The notes under the pieces are model-generated. The model saw only the letters and a program-made list of their open reading frames with translations, made no database searches and was not told where the DNA came from. Of a stretch of 64,000 bases of DNA, positions 8,555 to 17,585 are shown in pieces. The position numbers were made by a program, and so were the translations under genes. This DNA comes from a virus. Its lineage: Duplodnaviria; Caudoviricetes. The stretch covers positions 23,879 through 87,878 of the IMG/VR virus record IMGVR_UViG_3300047160_017115; one strand, given 5' to 3'. Position 1 is the stretch's first letter; each line of letters starts with the position of its first letter.

Positions 8555-8588
8555 GTCATGCCGTCCCGGGGGCTTCATACCCGGAGAC
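8555..8588 (+). repeat. Dispersed 34-bp hairpin element, copy 1
   Basis: GTCATGCCGTCCCGGGGGCTTCATACCCGGAGAC. Confidence 0.9.
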
Positions 8589-8661
8589 TTGACCATCGAC
8601 GAGCTCATCGAACTTGAGCTTCTATGAGGGCCTGGTCTTCCTTTCAAACGTCTACGGGTCT

Positions 8662-8695
8662 GTCATGCCGCCCCGGGGGCTTCGTACCCGGAGAT
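8662..8695 (+). repeat. Dispersed 34-bp hairpin element, copy 2
   Basis: GTCATGCCGCCCCGGGGGCTTCGTACCCGGAGAT, 11 nt before ATG 8707. Confidence 0.9.
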
Positions 8696-8706
8696 GGAGC
8701 CTCACC

Positions 8707-9102
8707 ATGCCTAACAAGTGTTTCTACGACGACCAGACAGGTCGAACCTCGTACACCTCGGACGGGACCATCGGGGCCCCTCAGGCCAAGCCCCTTACCT
8801 TCCGGTACACGACCGAAGAGCTCAAGGCACACTGCGCCCGTCGTGTCACGGGCTACACCGAACGGTTGTCAGAGTTGGAGGATGCTGACAACGAGATTGG
8901 TGACGCCTCGAACTCTCAAGACGATGACCTCATGGCCGCGGCGCACAACGCGTTGGACGCTGCGTCGAAGGAAGATGAAGAGGGGGCCTTGTGGAACGCG
9001 CGGATCTTCTTCGCGACCATCGGCCAGCTCCTGTCCCGTACCGACCCCTCCGGCGTCCACCTCCTGACCCTCTCCGAGCTCATCGAACTTGAGCTCGTCT
9101 GA
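8707..9102 (+). CDS. Hypothetical protein
   Basis: ATG 8707 with GGAG RBS within track ORF 8614..9102; ends LTLSELIELELV. Confidence 0.65.
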   Translation: MPNKCFYDDQTGRTSYTSDGTIGAPQAKPLTFRYTTEELKAHCARRVTGYTERLSELEDADNEIGDASNSQDDDLMAAAHNALDAASKEDEEGALWNARIFFATIGQLLSRTDPSGVHLLTLSELIELELV

Positions 9103-9577
9103 CGACCTGGTCCTCCTCGTCGTTTTGCAGAACGCCTATGGCCGAGGCCCTCTAGTTGAGGGCTATAACCCCACGCGCTGGAAGCAGGCCTTCGAATCTA
9201 GTCGCACAGGGGTTCGGCTCTCCCGGGCCCTTCCTGGGGAGGGGTGGAAAGTAAGGTTCACGAACGCGAACCCTGGCCTCGGCCTGGGCCCGTCGTCGTA
9301 CCTCCCTGCCGACGTCCGGCACCTGCGGCGGGCCCTCCGTCGCACGACGCCGGACGTCGTGCTCGTCTGTGGGCGTTCTGCGTCAGTAACCGCCGACATC
9401 TGGGGCGGTCCCTTGGTGTCGATCCCACACCCCGCCTACCGTTGTCTGACGAATAACCTTCTGGACTGGTGCCGTGAGCACCTCGAGAAGTTCGCCGCAG
9501 ACGCGGCGTGCCGTCCGAGGTTTCGCTTCCAGCTCGTCCAAGAGTTGAACGGCGTCCACAAACACAACTTTGAGTGA
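9089..9577 (+). CDS. Hypothetical protein, possible uracil-DNA-glycosylase-superfamily fold
   Basis: SRTGVRL...NANP...PDVVLVCGRSA...LVSIPHPA; the 'vvlvG..A ... lPHPS'-type ending is typical of UDG-like folds. Confidence 0.35.
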   Translation: MSSSDDLVLLVVLQNAYGRGPLVEGYNPTRWKQAFESSRTGVRLSRALPGEGWKVRFTNANPGLGLGPSSYLPADVRHLRRALRRTTPDVVLVCGRSASVTADIWGGPLVSIPHPAYRCLTNNLLDWCREHLEKFAADAACRPRFRFQLVQELNGVHKHNFE

Positions 9578-9586
9578 ATTTCAAGA

Positions 9587-9817
9587 ATGCAGACCGGCAA
9601 AGGGCTGCCTCCTAAAGTGGCGGCCTACCTCACGGGCACCGACCACCGAAGACAGGTCGAGTGTTCCGACATTCGACGACAGAAGCGCCGTACTTCCAAG
9701 CAGCGACGTCGGCTCGACGTCGCTCAGGTGCGCAGCGACGAAAGCGCAAACTCGGACGTGAGACACGAACAGTACGTTCGGCGTCATTCGCTTCGGCGGG
9801 ATCGCCCCGTCGGCTGA
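9587..9817 (+). CDS. Small basic hypothetical protein
   Basis: Arg-rich 76-aa ORF; its TGA overlaps the next ATG. Confidence 0.45.
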   Translation: MQTGKGLPPKVAAYLTGTDHRRQVECSDIRRQKRRTSKQRRRLDVAQVRSDESANSDVRHEQYVRRHSLRRDRPVG

Positions 9818-10494
9818 TGCCACCGGTCTTGGGGGCTGAGCCACGCAAGCGCGCGGCCGCCCTCGCCCTCGACGCGGTCGCCGACGACCGCTCACGCGTG
9901 AGCCGGTACAAGTCGTACTGGAGGAAAATCACGCCCTCGGACCCAACGGAGCGCTTCCGCCGCTGGCTCTTCGCGTACGCGAGCGTCCAGACGGGCTGGA
10001 AGCGCAACATCGTGATCTACGAGGCCCTCGCGGCCCCCGGCCTGTCCTTCGACCCCCAGAACCTCGAGCAGGTCCTGACGGGTTGCGGGGCGGGCATGCA
10101 ACGGGTGCGCTCGCGGGGCCTTGCCCGTTTCCACGCCGACTACTGGTCGGCACCCGATGAGTTCCTCCCATCGGGTGGTGAAACCTTCGCCGCTTGCAGG
10201 GACCGGCTCGTCCCCAGGGTCTACGGCCTCGGGGTCGCCAAGGTCAGCTTCGCCCTCGAGATGGTGGCGCCTCTGGAGTGCGACGCCGTCTGCCTCGACA
10301 GACATCTCCTGCGGCTCTACGGGGTCGACCCCGAGGCCGCCACGCTCTCAGGCTACAAGACCGCGGAGGCCCACTGGAGGCGTGCGTGCGCGCGCCGCGG
10401 CCTGCCGTGTCCGATCGCCCGCCACATCGTCTGGGACCGCGTCCAGGGGCAGCGCTCGACGCGCTACTGGTCCCGCGTCTTCGAGACGAACTGA
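9817..10494 (+). CDS. HhH-GPD DNA glycosylase (Ogg/endonuclease III-like), paralog 1
   Basis: RDRLVPRVYGLGVAKVSFAL HhH motif followed by VCLDRHLLR; ATG 9817 coupled to upstream TGA. Confidence 0.75.
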   Translation: MPPVLGAEPRKRAAALALDAVADDRSRVSRYKSYWRKITPSDPTERFRRWLFAYASVQTGWKRNIVIYEALAAPGLSFDPQNLEQVLTGCGAGMQRVRSRGLARFHADYWSAPDEFLPSGGETFAACRDRLVPRVYGLGVAKVSFALEMVAPLECDAVCLDRHLLRLYGVDPEAATLSGYKTAEAHWRRACARRGLPCPIARHIVWDRVQGQRSTRYWSRVFETN

Positions 10495-10511
10495 GCAGAG
10501 AGGGGTGCGCG

Positions 10512-10781
10512 ATGAAACGCAGTACGTTCCTCCACGTCCTCGCCGGCGTCGTCCTCGGTACGTCCGCGGTCTTGTGGTCTGTCGTGCTGTTGGGGTACAC
10601 GGACCCCACCTCGTGCCCCCTCTGCGCCCGCGCCAGGGACGCCGAGCCGTCATGCCTTCCCGGGGGCTTAGTACCCGGAGACGAGGTCAACTGTTCGCCC
10701 CCTCTATCCGGGAGAAGAACGTTGAGCACTTTCGGAGATAGCACCACGACCGCGGTGTCTACAACCCTCAGATACGATTAG
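10512..10781 (+). CDS. Possible small membrane protein (contains the hairpin repeat, so doubtful)
   Basis: MKRSTFLHVLAGVVLGTSAVLWSVVLLG hydrophobic N-terminus, CPLC. Confidence 0.35.
   Translation: MKRSTFLHVLAGVVLGTSAVLWSVVLLGYTDPTSCPLCARARDAEPSCLPGGLVPGDEVNCSPPLSGRRTLSTFGDSTTTAVSTTLRYD
10649..10682 (+). repeat. Dispersed 34-bp hairpin element, copy 3
   Basis: GTCATGCCTTCCCGGGGGCTTAGTACCCGGAGAC. Confidence 0.9.
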
Positions 10782-10794
10782 AAGGAGAGCGCCT

Positions 10795-11172
10795 GTGTCG
10801 GATGGCGGTTTTTTCAAAACGCCTCTCGGCGAGCTATGTGACGCTGAACTCGGCAGGGCCCACGCCGCTCTTGAGGCGGAGGTGGAGAACCGGAGGAAGT
10901 TGAAGGTCGCGGCCGAGCTCGAACATCGGTACGAGTTCCTGAGCCTCCTGTTGAAGAAGACGCAGGACCTCCTCCAGTTCTTCCCGTACCACGACAACCC
11001 CGACGACAAGGACTGCCGGGACGACCAGGCGTTTAACACGTACAGTGGCGTTCCGAGATGTTCGCGGTGCGCGATCCTCTTCGTCCTGAAACACCAACCC
11101 GATCACTACAAGTTCCGATTCGTGGCGGAGATTTCGCCTCTGCACGAATACGACGAGAGAGACTACAGATGA
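10795..11172 (+). CDS. Hypothetical protein (CxxC)
   Basis: AAGGAG RBS; coiled N-terminus; PRCSRC. Confidence 0.6.
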   Translation: MSDGGFFKTPLGELCDAELGRAHAALEAEVENRRKLKVAAELEHRYEFLSLLLKKTQDLLQFFPYHDNPDDKDCRDDQAFNTYSGVPRCSRCAILFVLKHQPDHYKFRFVAEISPLHEYDERDYR

Positions 11173-12071
11173 GCACAACGACCGCGGCACCATCCATGGC
11201 CCTGCAGACGATCCCGTTCTACGGTGACGAGATCGTCGGCGGGGTCGTCGGGGGGGAGGTCTTCGTCCCCCTCAAGCGTCTCTGCGAGAACCTGGGAGTG
11301 ACCTACTCCCGCAACCTAAGTCGTCTGAGGTCTTCCGGTTGGGCAGTTGTGCGGGATTTGCGCACAACTGGGAAGGACGGTAAGACCTACTCCCTGTCCT
11401 GCATCGACACCGCCACACTCACCATGTGGCTGGCCCACATCAACTACAACGACTCGCGCTACTCGGACATCCGCGAGAAGCTCCTGCGCTACCAGAAGGA
11501 GGCCTGCGTCGTCCTCAAGGCGCACTTCCTCAAGGCCCTCGACCGCCCTGAGGACAGCCGTGCCCTCGCCGCCCAGGTGAACTCCCTGGTCGAGCTGGTC
11601 GAGGCCCAACAGGCCATGCTCGTGGCCAACGAGATAAGGTCGACGGCGCAGATCGAGAAACTCACTGAAGCCGTCCAGCACGTTGTCACCAAGGCGGTCA
11701 GTTTCGAGAAAGACATCAAGACCATGCGGCAGGCGGCCAAGGCCGCCCGCCGGTACATGGAATCGGCCCCGGGGTTCTCCGACAACACGTCGGACGCCGT
11801 GGCACGTCAGAACATCACGAACTGGATCGAGGCCTGGATCTCGCTGCACCACGGTGACGACGACCCGGCGTTCCACGCCGCGGCATGGGGTCGGTTCTAT
11901 CGCACATGTGGCAAGCGGTTCGGGATCGAATTCGAAACGCGTGAGAAGAACGCGAAGAAGGCCGGGCGTCGCTTTCACCCGATGGACGTCCTCGACGAGA
12001 AACGCCACACGGCATACGCCTTCATCATCGCGAGGGAGATCTTCCCTCTGGAGGCAAAGGGGGCGAAGTGA
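11169..12071 (+). CDS. Phage antirepressor, P22AR N-terminal domain
   Basis: IPFYGDEI...VFVPLKRLCENLGV...TTGKDGKTY...LTMWLAHIN...REKLLRYQKEA; coiled-coil middle; ATGA coupling. Confidence 0.85.
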   Translation: MSTTTAAPSMALQTIPFYGDEIVGGVVGGEVFVPLKRLCENLGVTYSRNLSRLRSSGWAVVRDLRTTGKDGKTYSLSCIDTATLTMWLAHINYNDSRYSDIREKLLRYQKEACVVLKAHFLKALDRPEDSRALAAQVNSLVELVEAQQAMLVANEIRSTAQIEKLTEAVQHVVTKAVSFEKDIKTMRQAAKAARRYMESAPGFSDNTSDAVARQNITNWIEAWISLHHGDDDPAFHAAAWGRFYRTCGKRFGIEFETREKNAKKAGRRFHPMDVLDEKRHTAYAFIIAREIFPLEAKGAK

Positions 12072-12658
12072 CCTACTACGTCAATGGTAGGGCCGTGAAG
12101 CCGCGGAAGGTGGACATCCACGACCCGTGGCCTGAGGAGCTCTGGCCGTACCCCGAGGGGTCGGCCGTTTACTACATCGCGACCGGATGCGCGGTCGGTA
12201 ACCCGCGAATCGGGAACGGTCGCGTGCACTGGTACAACCCAGCGCTCGTGGGTGATTTCGTCCTGTCAGCGGGTCACCCCATCCTTAACGTGCACGCCCC
12301 GAAGCCGTATCTCGGCCACGAGATCGTGAGCTTGGTGCACGTAGCCCCCTACAACCGCACGGGCAAGCACCTCATCGAGGCCCGTCTCGAGGCCTACAGG
12401 GCCGAGTGTCCTGATTTCAGTTCGCCGTGCTTCGAGCCCGCGTATCAGCTCGGCCGCGGGGTACCGATCTCGTCGCTCGACGACTACGACATCCGCAAGA
12501 TCCTACGGACCCGTGGCTTCGACATCACGGGCTCCCTGACGCGCAACCGGTTCGTGGCCTGGATGGCGCTCGAGTCCGGGGGAGAGGTCGCCGCCTACCT
12601 CACCAAATCGGGCCGCCTCACCACCGCCCTCGGCCGGCGCCCGTGCCTCTGCCCTTGA
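12068..12658 (+). CDS. Hypothetical protein
   Basis: 196-aa ORF with GTGA coupling. Confidence 0.6.
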   Translation: MTYYVNGRAVKPRKVDIHDPWPEELWPYPEGSAVYYIATGCAVGNPRIGNGRVHWYNPALVGDFVLSAGHPILNVHAPKPYLGHEIVSLVHVAPYNRTGKHLIEARLEAYRAECPDFSSPCFEPAYQLGRGVPISSLDDYDIRKILRTRGFDITGSLTRNRFVAWMALESGGEVAAYLTKSGRLTTALGRRPCLCP

Positions 12659-12721
12659 CACTGGGCTGGCGTGGGTTTGCGTCGCACCGTTACATAGAGC
12701 CTCCCATGGAAGGGGGGCCTC

Positions 12722-12898
12722 ATGACGACAAACCCGTCAACCCCGGGCGTGGTCAGGTGTCTGCGTTGTCAGCGTGACTTCGCGAGCCCTGACCGCGTCC
12801 GGATCCGAATCTGCAAGGAGTGCAAGCAGGGCCCAAAGGCCTACGGCTTGCGTGACGTTTCGATGCGCCAACTACGCGGAGCAATCCGTGGGGGATGA
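12722..12898 (+). CDS. Small zinc-finger protein (58 aa, below track cut-off)
   Basis: Manual translation MTTNPSTPGVVRCLRCQRDFASPDRVRIRICKECKQGPKAYGLRDVSMRQLRGAIRGG; GGAAGGGGGG RBS. Confidence 0.6.
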   Translation: MTTNPSTPGVVRCLRCQRDFASPDRVRIRICKECKQGPKAYGLRDVSMRQLRGAIRGG

Positions 12899-12901
12899 AC
12901 C

Positions 12902-13693
12902 GTGAACTTCGCCTTGGACCCGCAACTCCTGAACACGGCCACCAAGTACCCCTCGATCCCCACTTACCACAAGATGCTGGATCGAGGCCTTCTCGGCTCG
13001 GAGCGCGTCGCCTTCCCGGCCTCGGAGGAGGTCCTGGTCTACGAGAAGATCGACGGTTGTAACGGGCGGCTGACTGTCCTTCCCAACGGCGACTGGTTGC
13101 TAGGCTCCCGGGAGGAGTGGTTGACGTGTGACGGCGACCGCCTCGCGAACCCGGCATTGGGTATGGCCGAGGCTCTGAGCCCGTTCGTGAAGAAGTTGGC
13201 CTACGGGCTGTTCTCCTTCGTCCCGGAAGACACGGTCTATACCGCGTATTTTGAGCTGTACGGCGGTCGTGAAACCGGTAGCTGGCGCCACTACGCGACG
13301 GAGCCGACGCCTTCAATACGCTTCTTCGACGTCTCGTCGGTGTCGTGCGCCCAGATCACTGGGGATCGGGAGGCGCTGTCCCGTTGGCGCGATCAGGGGG
13401 GACAGACCTTCCTGAAGGTCGAAGACGCGGCGATGATCGCCATCTCGCTCGGGGTCGGTATCGCCCCTTTTCTGGGGCCCGTCGTGGGCCAACTTCCGAC
13501 CACCCACGCGGAAACTCTTGCTTTCCTCGTGCAGGTGGCTCCCCACACGCGCTGTTCGCTCGATGACACTTCGCGCGGAAAGGCTGAGGGCGTGATCCTC
13601 CGGACACGTTCGCGTAGCGTCATCGCCAAGTTGCGCTTCGAGGACTACGAGCGCACACTTCGTCGTGTCGCCAAGGAGAAGCCCGTTGCCTAG
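12902..13693 (+). CDS. RNA ligase (Rnl2-like nucleotidyltransferase)
   Basis: KYPSI; motif I YEKIDGCN; FELYG; IRFFDV; motif IV AEGVILR; motif V IAKLR. Confidence 0.8.
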   Translation: MNFALDPQLLNTATKYPSIPTYHKMLDRGLLGSERVAFPASEEVLVYEKIDGCNGRLTVLPNGDWLLGSREEWLTCDGDRLANPALGMAEALSPFVKKLAYGLFSFVPEDTVYTAYFELYGGRETGSWRHYATEPTPSIRFFDVSSVSCAQITGDREALSRWRDQGGQTFLKVEDAAMIAISLGVGIAPFLGPVVGQLPTTHAETLAFLVQVAPHTRCSLDDTSRGKAEGVILRTRSRSVIAKLRFEDYERTLRRVAKEKPVA

Positions 13694-14804
13694 TCCCGTT
13701 GCCGTCCTCGTCAGTGACGCCCACCTCCAGGACCGAGCCTGGGCCCACCGTCAGATCGAGGGGGACGCCTACTACTCGTTCGGGCAGGTCGTCGACTACG
13801 CGATCAACAATCATCTGGACATCATCGGGGCCGGCGACCTCATCGACCGCAGGGTGAACTCCTCCGGCCCCATCCACGCGATGCTCGCCGGCCTTCAGAA
13901 GCTCTGGAACAACAGCCGGCGGTTCTACCACATCCAGGGCCAGCACGAGGCTGACCCCTCGCCCTGGTTCAACCTGTCCCACGCTTCCATCCACGTCCAT
14001 AAGCAGTCGTTCCAGGTAGGCCACATCCGGGTCTACGGTTTGGACTTCACGCCCGCGGACTCCCTGAAGGCTGAACTCGACGCGATCCCCCCGGGCACGG
14101 ACCTCCTGGTGTGCCACCAGGTCTGGGATGAGTTCATGGGGGTGCACTGCGGGGCGCAGGCGTCCTTCGCCGACGTCCCCGTCGTCTCCACCGTGCTGAC
14201 GGGAGACCTTCACGAGAACAGGACGCTCAGCGCACGCGGCAAGGATGGACAGCGGCTCACCATTCACTCCCTGGGCTCGACCTGCATGCAGGACATCGCC
14301 GAGCCCCCCTCCAAGTTCTTCGGCGTCCTACGTGACGACCTGTCCGTCCGGCGTGTACGGCTACAGACTCGGCCGTTTATCGCCGCCGGCTTACTCCTGA
14401 CGGAGGCCGACGTCGAGGCGTTCCTGGGTCGTACTGAGGCCGAGTTGTCGCGTCTGGCGACGGCAGACACGTCCCTGCCGCCTGAGATTGCCAGGCCCCT
14501 TGTCAGGGTGGGGTACTCTCATAAGCTCGGGGACCTGTCGCGTCGGGTGCACAAGGTCTTCGGCGAGCGCGCCCACCTGTTTTTGAAGGAAGTCCCCCCT
14601 GAGCGCCCGAAAACGGTTTTGAGACCCGAGGGGGCTGAGGAGGCCGTCCGCACAGGGGCCATGACCCTGGAGGCGGCGCTCCCTTCGGTCCTGTCCGAGG
14701 ATGACGAGCCTGAACTGTACGCCCTCGCGCTGCGGGTGCTCGGGGCGCCCGACAAGGCCGCTGAGGTAAACGCCTGGGTCCGGGAGGCCCTCTCTGATGC
14801 CTAA
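13665..14804 (+). CDS. sbcD: SbcD/Mre11-like metallophosphoesterase nuclease
   Basis: SDAHL, GAGDLID, QGQHE, LVCHQ, TGDLHE, SLGST motifs; start uncertain (TTG 13686 possible). Confidence 0.8.
   Translation: MSPRRSPLPSPVAVLVSDAHLQDRAWAHRQIEGDAYYSFGQVVDYAINNHLDIIGAGDLIDRRVNSSGPIHAMLAGLQKLWNNSRRFYHIQGQHEADPSPWFNLSHASIHVHKQSFQVGHIRVYGLDFTPADSLKAELDAIPPGTDLLVCHQVWDEFMGVHCGAQASFADVPVVSTVLTGDLHENRTLSARGKDGQRLTIHSLGSTCMQDIAEPPSKFFGVLRDDLSVRRVRLQTRPFIAAGLLLTEADVEAFLGRTEAELSRLATADTSLPPEIARPLVRVGYSHKLGDLSRRVHKVFGERAHLFLKEVPPERPKTVLRPEGAEEAVRTGAMTLEAALPSVLSEDDEPELYALALRVLGAPDKAAEVNAWVREALSDA
14610..14620. promoter_or_regulatory. AAAAC-S-GTTT(T/C) near-palindrome
   Basis: AAAACGGTTTT within the 3' part of sbcD, about 180 nt before the methyltransferase start. 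Confidence 0.45.
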
Positions 14805-15459
14805 CCTGTACAAGGTCGTTGACCTTGGTACGAAGCGGGCCGGTGCGCTGGACGAGTTCCTGCGGGCCGGCTCGATGTACTTCGGGGACGAGGTCGCGTC
14901 GATCAAGCCAGGCGATTGTCTGGGGTACGACTACAACGGGAAGTACGACCGCGAGGTACGCGCCAAGGGATACAGGTTCCAGGGCCAGGACCTCACGGAC
15001 CGTCAGGTCCTCGACGCGCTCCCCGCTGCGGACTACTACCTCGCCTGGGACTTCCTCGAGCACCTCCCGTCCGTCGAGCACTCCGACAGGATCCTGGAGG
15101 TCATGCTCCAGCGCGCCCGTGTCGGGGTCTGGCTACGGATGCCGAGCTTCGAGCAGGACATGGAGACGGGGGAGGGGAGGCTCCGCGCGCACGGCCTCAG
15201 GTTTGCCTGGACCGACTGGCACGGGCACAAGAGCCACTACACCCTCGCGATGGCGCGCGACGTCATCACGGCCTCGGGGTTTGGCGCCCTCAAGGTCAAG
15301 GGCAACCGTCTGATCGAGACGACGGGCGACCGTTGTGTCGTGCCGGTCTCGGCGCCGACCGACACCGTCGAGTATTCCGCGGCCCTCGGGGCGCGGCCGA
15401 AGGTGGCTTTCAGCCCCCCGCTTGTGGGTCAGTGGGAGGTTATCGTCAGCCGGAAGTGA
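14797..15459 (+). CDS. Class I SAM-dependent methyltransferase-like protein
   Basis: VVDLGTKRAG motif-I-like; DYYLAWDFLEHLP...GVWLRMP typical of glycan-associated methyltransferases. Confidence 0.6.
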   Translation: MPNLYKVVDLGTKRAGALDEFLRAGSMYFGDEVASIKPGDCLGYDYNGKYDREVRAKGYRFQGQDLTDRQVLDALPAADYYLAWDFLEHLPSVEHSDRILEVMLQRARVGVWLRMPSFEQDMETGEGRLRAHGLRFAWTDWHGHKSHYTLAMARDVITASGFGALKVKGNRLIETTGDRCVVPVSAPTDTVEYSAALGARPKVAFSPPLVGQWEVIVSRK

Positions 15460-15515
15460 CCACGTAGCCAGAGCTACACGCGGCGAGCGCTAAGCAACCT
15501 TGGAGATGAGAGACC

Positions 15516-16151
15516 ATGATCGTCTACAAGCTGACTGATGAGAGGGTGATGACCTTCGGCCGTTGTCAGTGGGACCTCAATGTGAAGAAGACCACGGACG
15601 GCCGTGGTGAGCTCTGCGGCGCGGGTTGGCTCCACGCCTACCCCGACCCCTTGACGGCCGTGTTCATGAACCGGATCCATGCGAACTTTGGGCACCCTCG
15701 TCTGTTCGAGGCCGAGGCCGGCGGACTCCTCAAGTACGACAAGAAGATGAAACTCGGGGCGACGGAGTTGACCCTGCTCCGTGAGCTCGAGCTGCCTGTC
15801 ATAACCCCTGTCGTACGGGTGCGCGTCGCGCTCAAGGCGGTGCTCGAGTCGGTGGGAGACGTTGAGCTACCTGTCTGGAAGTGGTGGGCTCAACACTGGC
15901 TCTCGGGCGCCGCCCGTCACGAGGTGCCGTTGGACGTTGCTCATATCAGCTCGCTCTCCTTCGCGTTGTCGCTCGACCAAATGGCTGCGGCAAACGACGC
16001 GGTGTATGCTGCGTGGGAATTGGCGCATTTTGACGCGAACGGTTCCAGCTTATACACGGCGCATGCGGCGTATGGGCTAGACGCCGACCTCCCGCGGTTG
16101 ATCCCCGCCGCCGTCGCGGCCGAGGCGGCTCTCAACGTACAGAAGTCTTGA
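15516..16151 (+). CDS. Phage paralog family member 1 (YK-x-T...W...C...WLHAY domain; DUF7666-like from memory)
   Basis: MIVYKLTD...QWDL...LCGAGWLHAYPDPLTA...RLFEAEAGG...KLGATELTLLRELELP. Confidence 0.75.
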   Translation: MIVYKLTDERVMTFGRCQWDLNVKKTTDGRGELCGAGWLHAYPDPLTAVFMNRIHANFGHPRLFEAEAGGLLKYDKKMKLGATELTLLRELELPVITPVVRVRVALKAVLESVGDVELPVWKWWAQHWLSGAARHEVPLDVAHISSLSFALSLDQMAAANDAVYAAWELAHFDANGSSLYTAHAAYGLDADLPRLIPAAVAAEAALNVQKS

Positions 16152-16179
16152 GGCAAAGACACCTGGAAGGGGCTCCGAA

Positions 16180-16797
16180 GTGCTCGTCTACAAGTTCACC
16201 GACCAGAACATGCGGACCTACGACGGCTTCGCGTGGAGTCTTGGTAGGGCCCGCAAGGCGTCCGGTAACGTTAAGTATCTCTGCACAGATTCCTGGCTCC
16301 ATGCGTATCCGGATAAGCTGACGGCCTCGTTCATGTGGGCGGCGCACGTGCACGACGATTATACCCGGTTCTTCGAAGCCGAGGCCGGCGGTGAGATACT
16401 CCGCGATAAACAAGGCCTCAAACTGGGCTGTACCAGGTTGACCCTTATTCGTGAGCTCAATCTCCCCGCGATTAGCCTGAACGTGCGCCGTCGTGTGGCG
16501 ATCAGGTACGCCAAAGCAACGACAGGGCTAGGTAAGGGCGCGTCGTGGTTCGACTGGGCTGAGAAGTGGCTGGCGGGCGAGCGTCCTGTCTTCACACCTT
16601 ACGTGGCCTCATGCAGTCTGGCCGAGGACTACGCCTGGCAATCCGTGAGTAAAAGGTCTCCTTACTTCTCCAAGGAGGCGGCGGCGCTGGCGGTGAATGC
16701 GGCGACCAGTTTGTCGAAATGTTCGGCCTCGCTGCCTGAGAGGATTCGCGAGGCCGTCAAGGAGGAGGCCGAGTTGAGGCGTGCCGGTAGGGCCTAG
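16180..16797 (+). CDS. Phage paralog family member 2
   Basis: MLVYKFTDQNMRTYDGFAW...LCTDSWLHAYPDKLTA; 47 nt (16292..16338) identical to 16962..17008. Confidence 0.75.
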   Translation: MLVYKFTDQNMRTYDGFAWSLGRARKASGNVKYLCTDSWLHAYPDKLTASFMWAAHVHDDYTRFFEAEAGGEILRDKQGLKLGCTRLTLIRELNLPAISLNVRRRVAIRYAKATTGLGKGASWFDWAEKWLAGERPVFTPYVASCSLAEDYAWQSVSKRSPYFSKEAAALAVNAATSLSKCSASLPERIREAVKEEAELRRAGRA

Positions 16798-16849
16798 ACG
16801 GCCGACGAGTAACCACAATCACTTTACAACTTTGGAAGGGGGCTCGATC

Positions 16850-17491
16850 GTGCTCGTCTACAAGTTCACGGACGTCAAGATGCGGACCCGAGGGGGCTTC
16901 CAGTGGAAGCTCGGCAAGGCGCGGAGGGCACCCGGGAAGTCGGAGTGGCTCTGCAATGAGGCCTGGCTCCATGCGTATCCGGATAAGCTGACGGCCTCGT
17001 TCATGTGGCCGGCACACGTGAGCGATTTGTACGTTAGGTTCTTTGAGGCCGAGGCCGATGGTGAGATTCTTCAGGACACTGACGGGAACAAGCTTGGTTG
17101 TACGCGGCTGACCCTTCTGCGTGAGCTCAAGCCTCCTGCGATCAGTCTGGACGTGCGCCGTCGTTTGGCGATCAAGTGCGCCAAAACCTCAACGTCCTCC
17201 TTCTTGAGTTGGAACTCCAATTGGCAACGTTGGGCTGACGGTTGGCTGGCGGGCGAGCGCTCAATAGAGACGGCGTTGAATTATCAGCAGCCTCCCTATA
17301 TGGGGGCCACGTACCACGCCTCGGAAGCGGTGATACGAAGGTCGCCGTACGCCTGCAAGGCAGCCGCGGCTTTGGCGGTGGACAGGAGTTACGCTTCTGA
17401 CTCGTTCGAACTGTCTGAGATGATTCGCGAGGCCGTCAAGGAGGAGACCAATCTGAGGCGTGCCGGCCTCATCAGGACGGGCGCCAAGTGA
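16850..17491 (+). CDS. Phage paralog family member 3
   Basis: GTG 16850 (same GAAGGGG RBS context as member 2); VLVYKFTDVKMRTRGGFQW...LCNEAWLHAYPDKLTA. Confidence 0.75.
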   Translation: MLVYKFTDVKMRTRGGFQWKLGKARRAPGKSEWLCNEAWLHAYPDKLTASFMWPAHVSDLYVRFFEAEADGEILQDTDGNKLGCTRLTLLRELKPPAISLDVRRRLAIKCAKTSTSSFLSWNSNWQRWADGWLAGERSIETALNYQQPPYMGATYHASEAVIRRSPYACKAAAALAVDRSYASDSFELSEMIREAVKEETNLRRAGLIRTGAK

Positions 17492-17498
17492 CCGTGTC

Positions 17499-17537
17499 GT
17501 CATGCCAAGCCTTCCCGGGGGCTTTGTACCCGGAGAC
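17499..17537 (+). repeat. Dispersed hairpin element, copy 4 (5-nt insertion)
   Basis: GTCATGCCAAGCCTTCCCGGGGGCTTTGTACCCGGAGAC, immediately upstream of sbcC. Confidence 0.85.
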
Positions 17538-17585
17538 AAAGCGCACGATGGCGTCTAAACACGCTCACCCCTTGCGTCATAAAAC

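Noticed and set aside
12655-12690. TTGACA as a sigma-70 -35 box
   Set aside because: No plausible -10 hexamer at 16-18 nt spacing.
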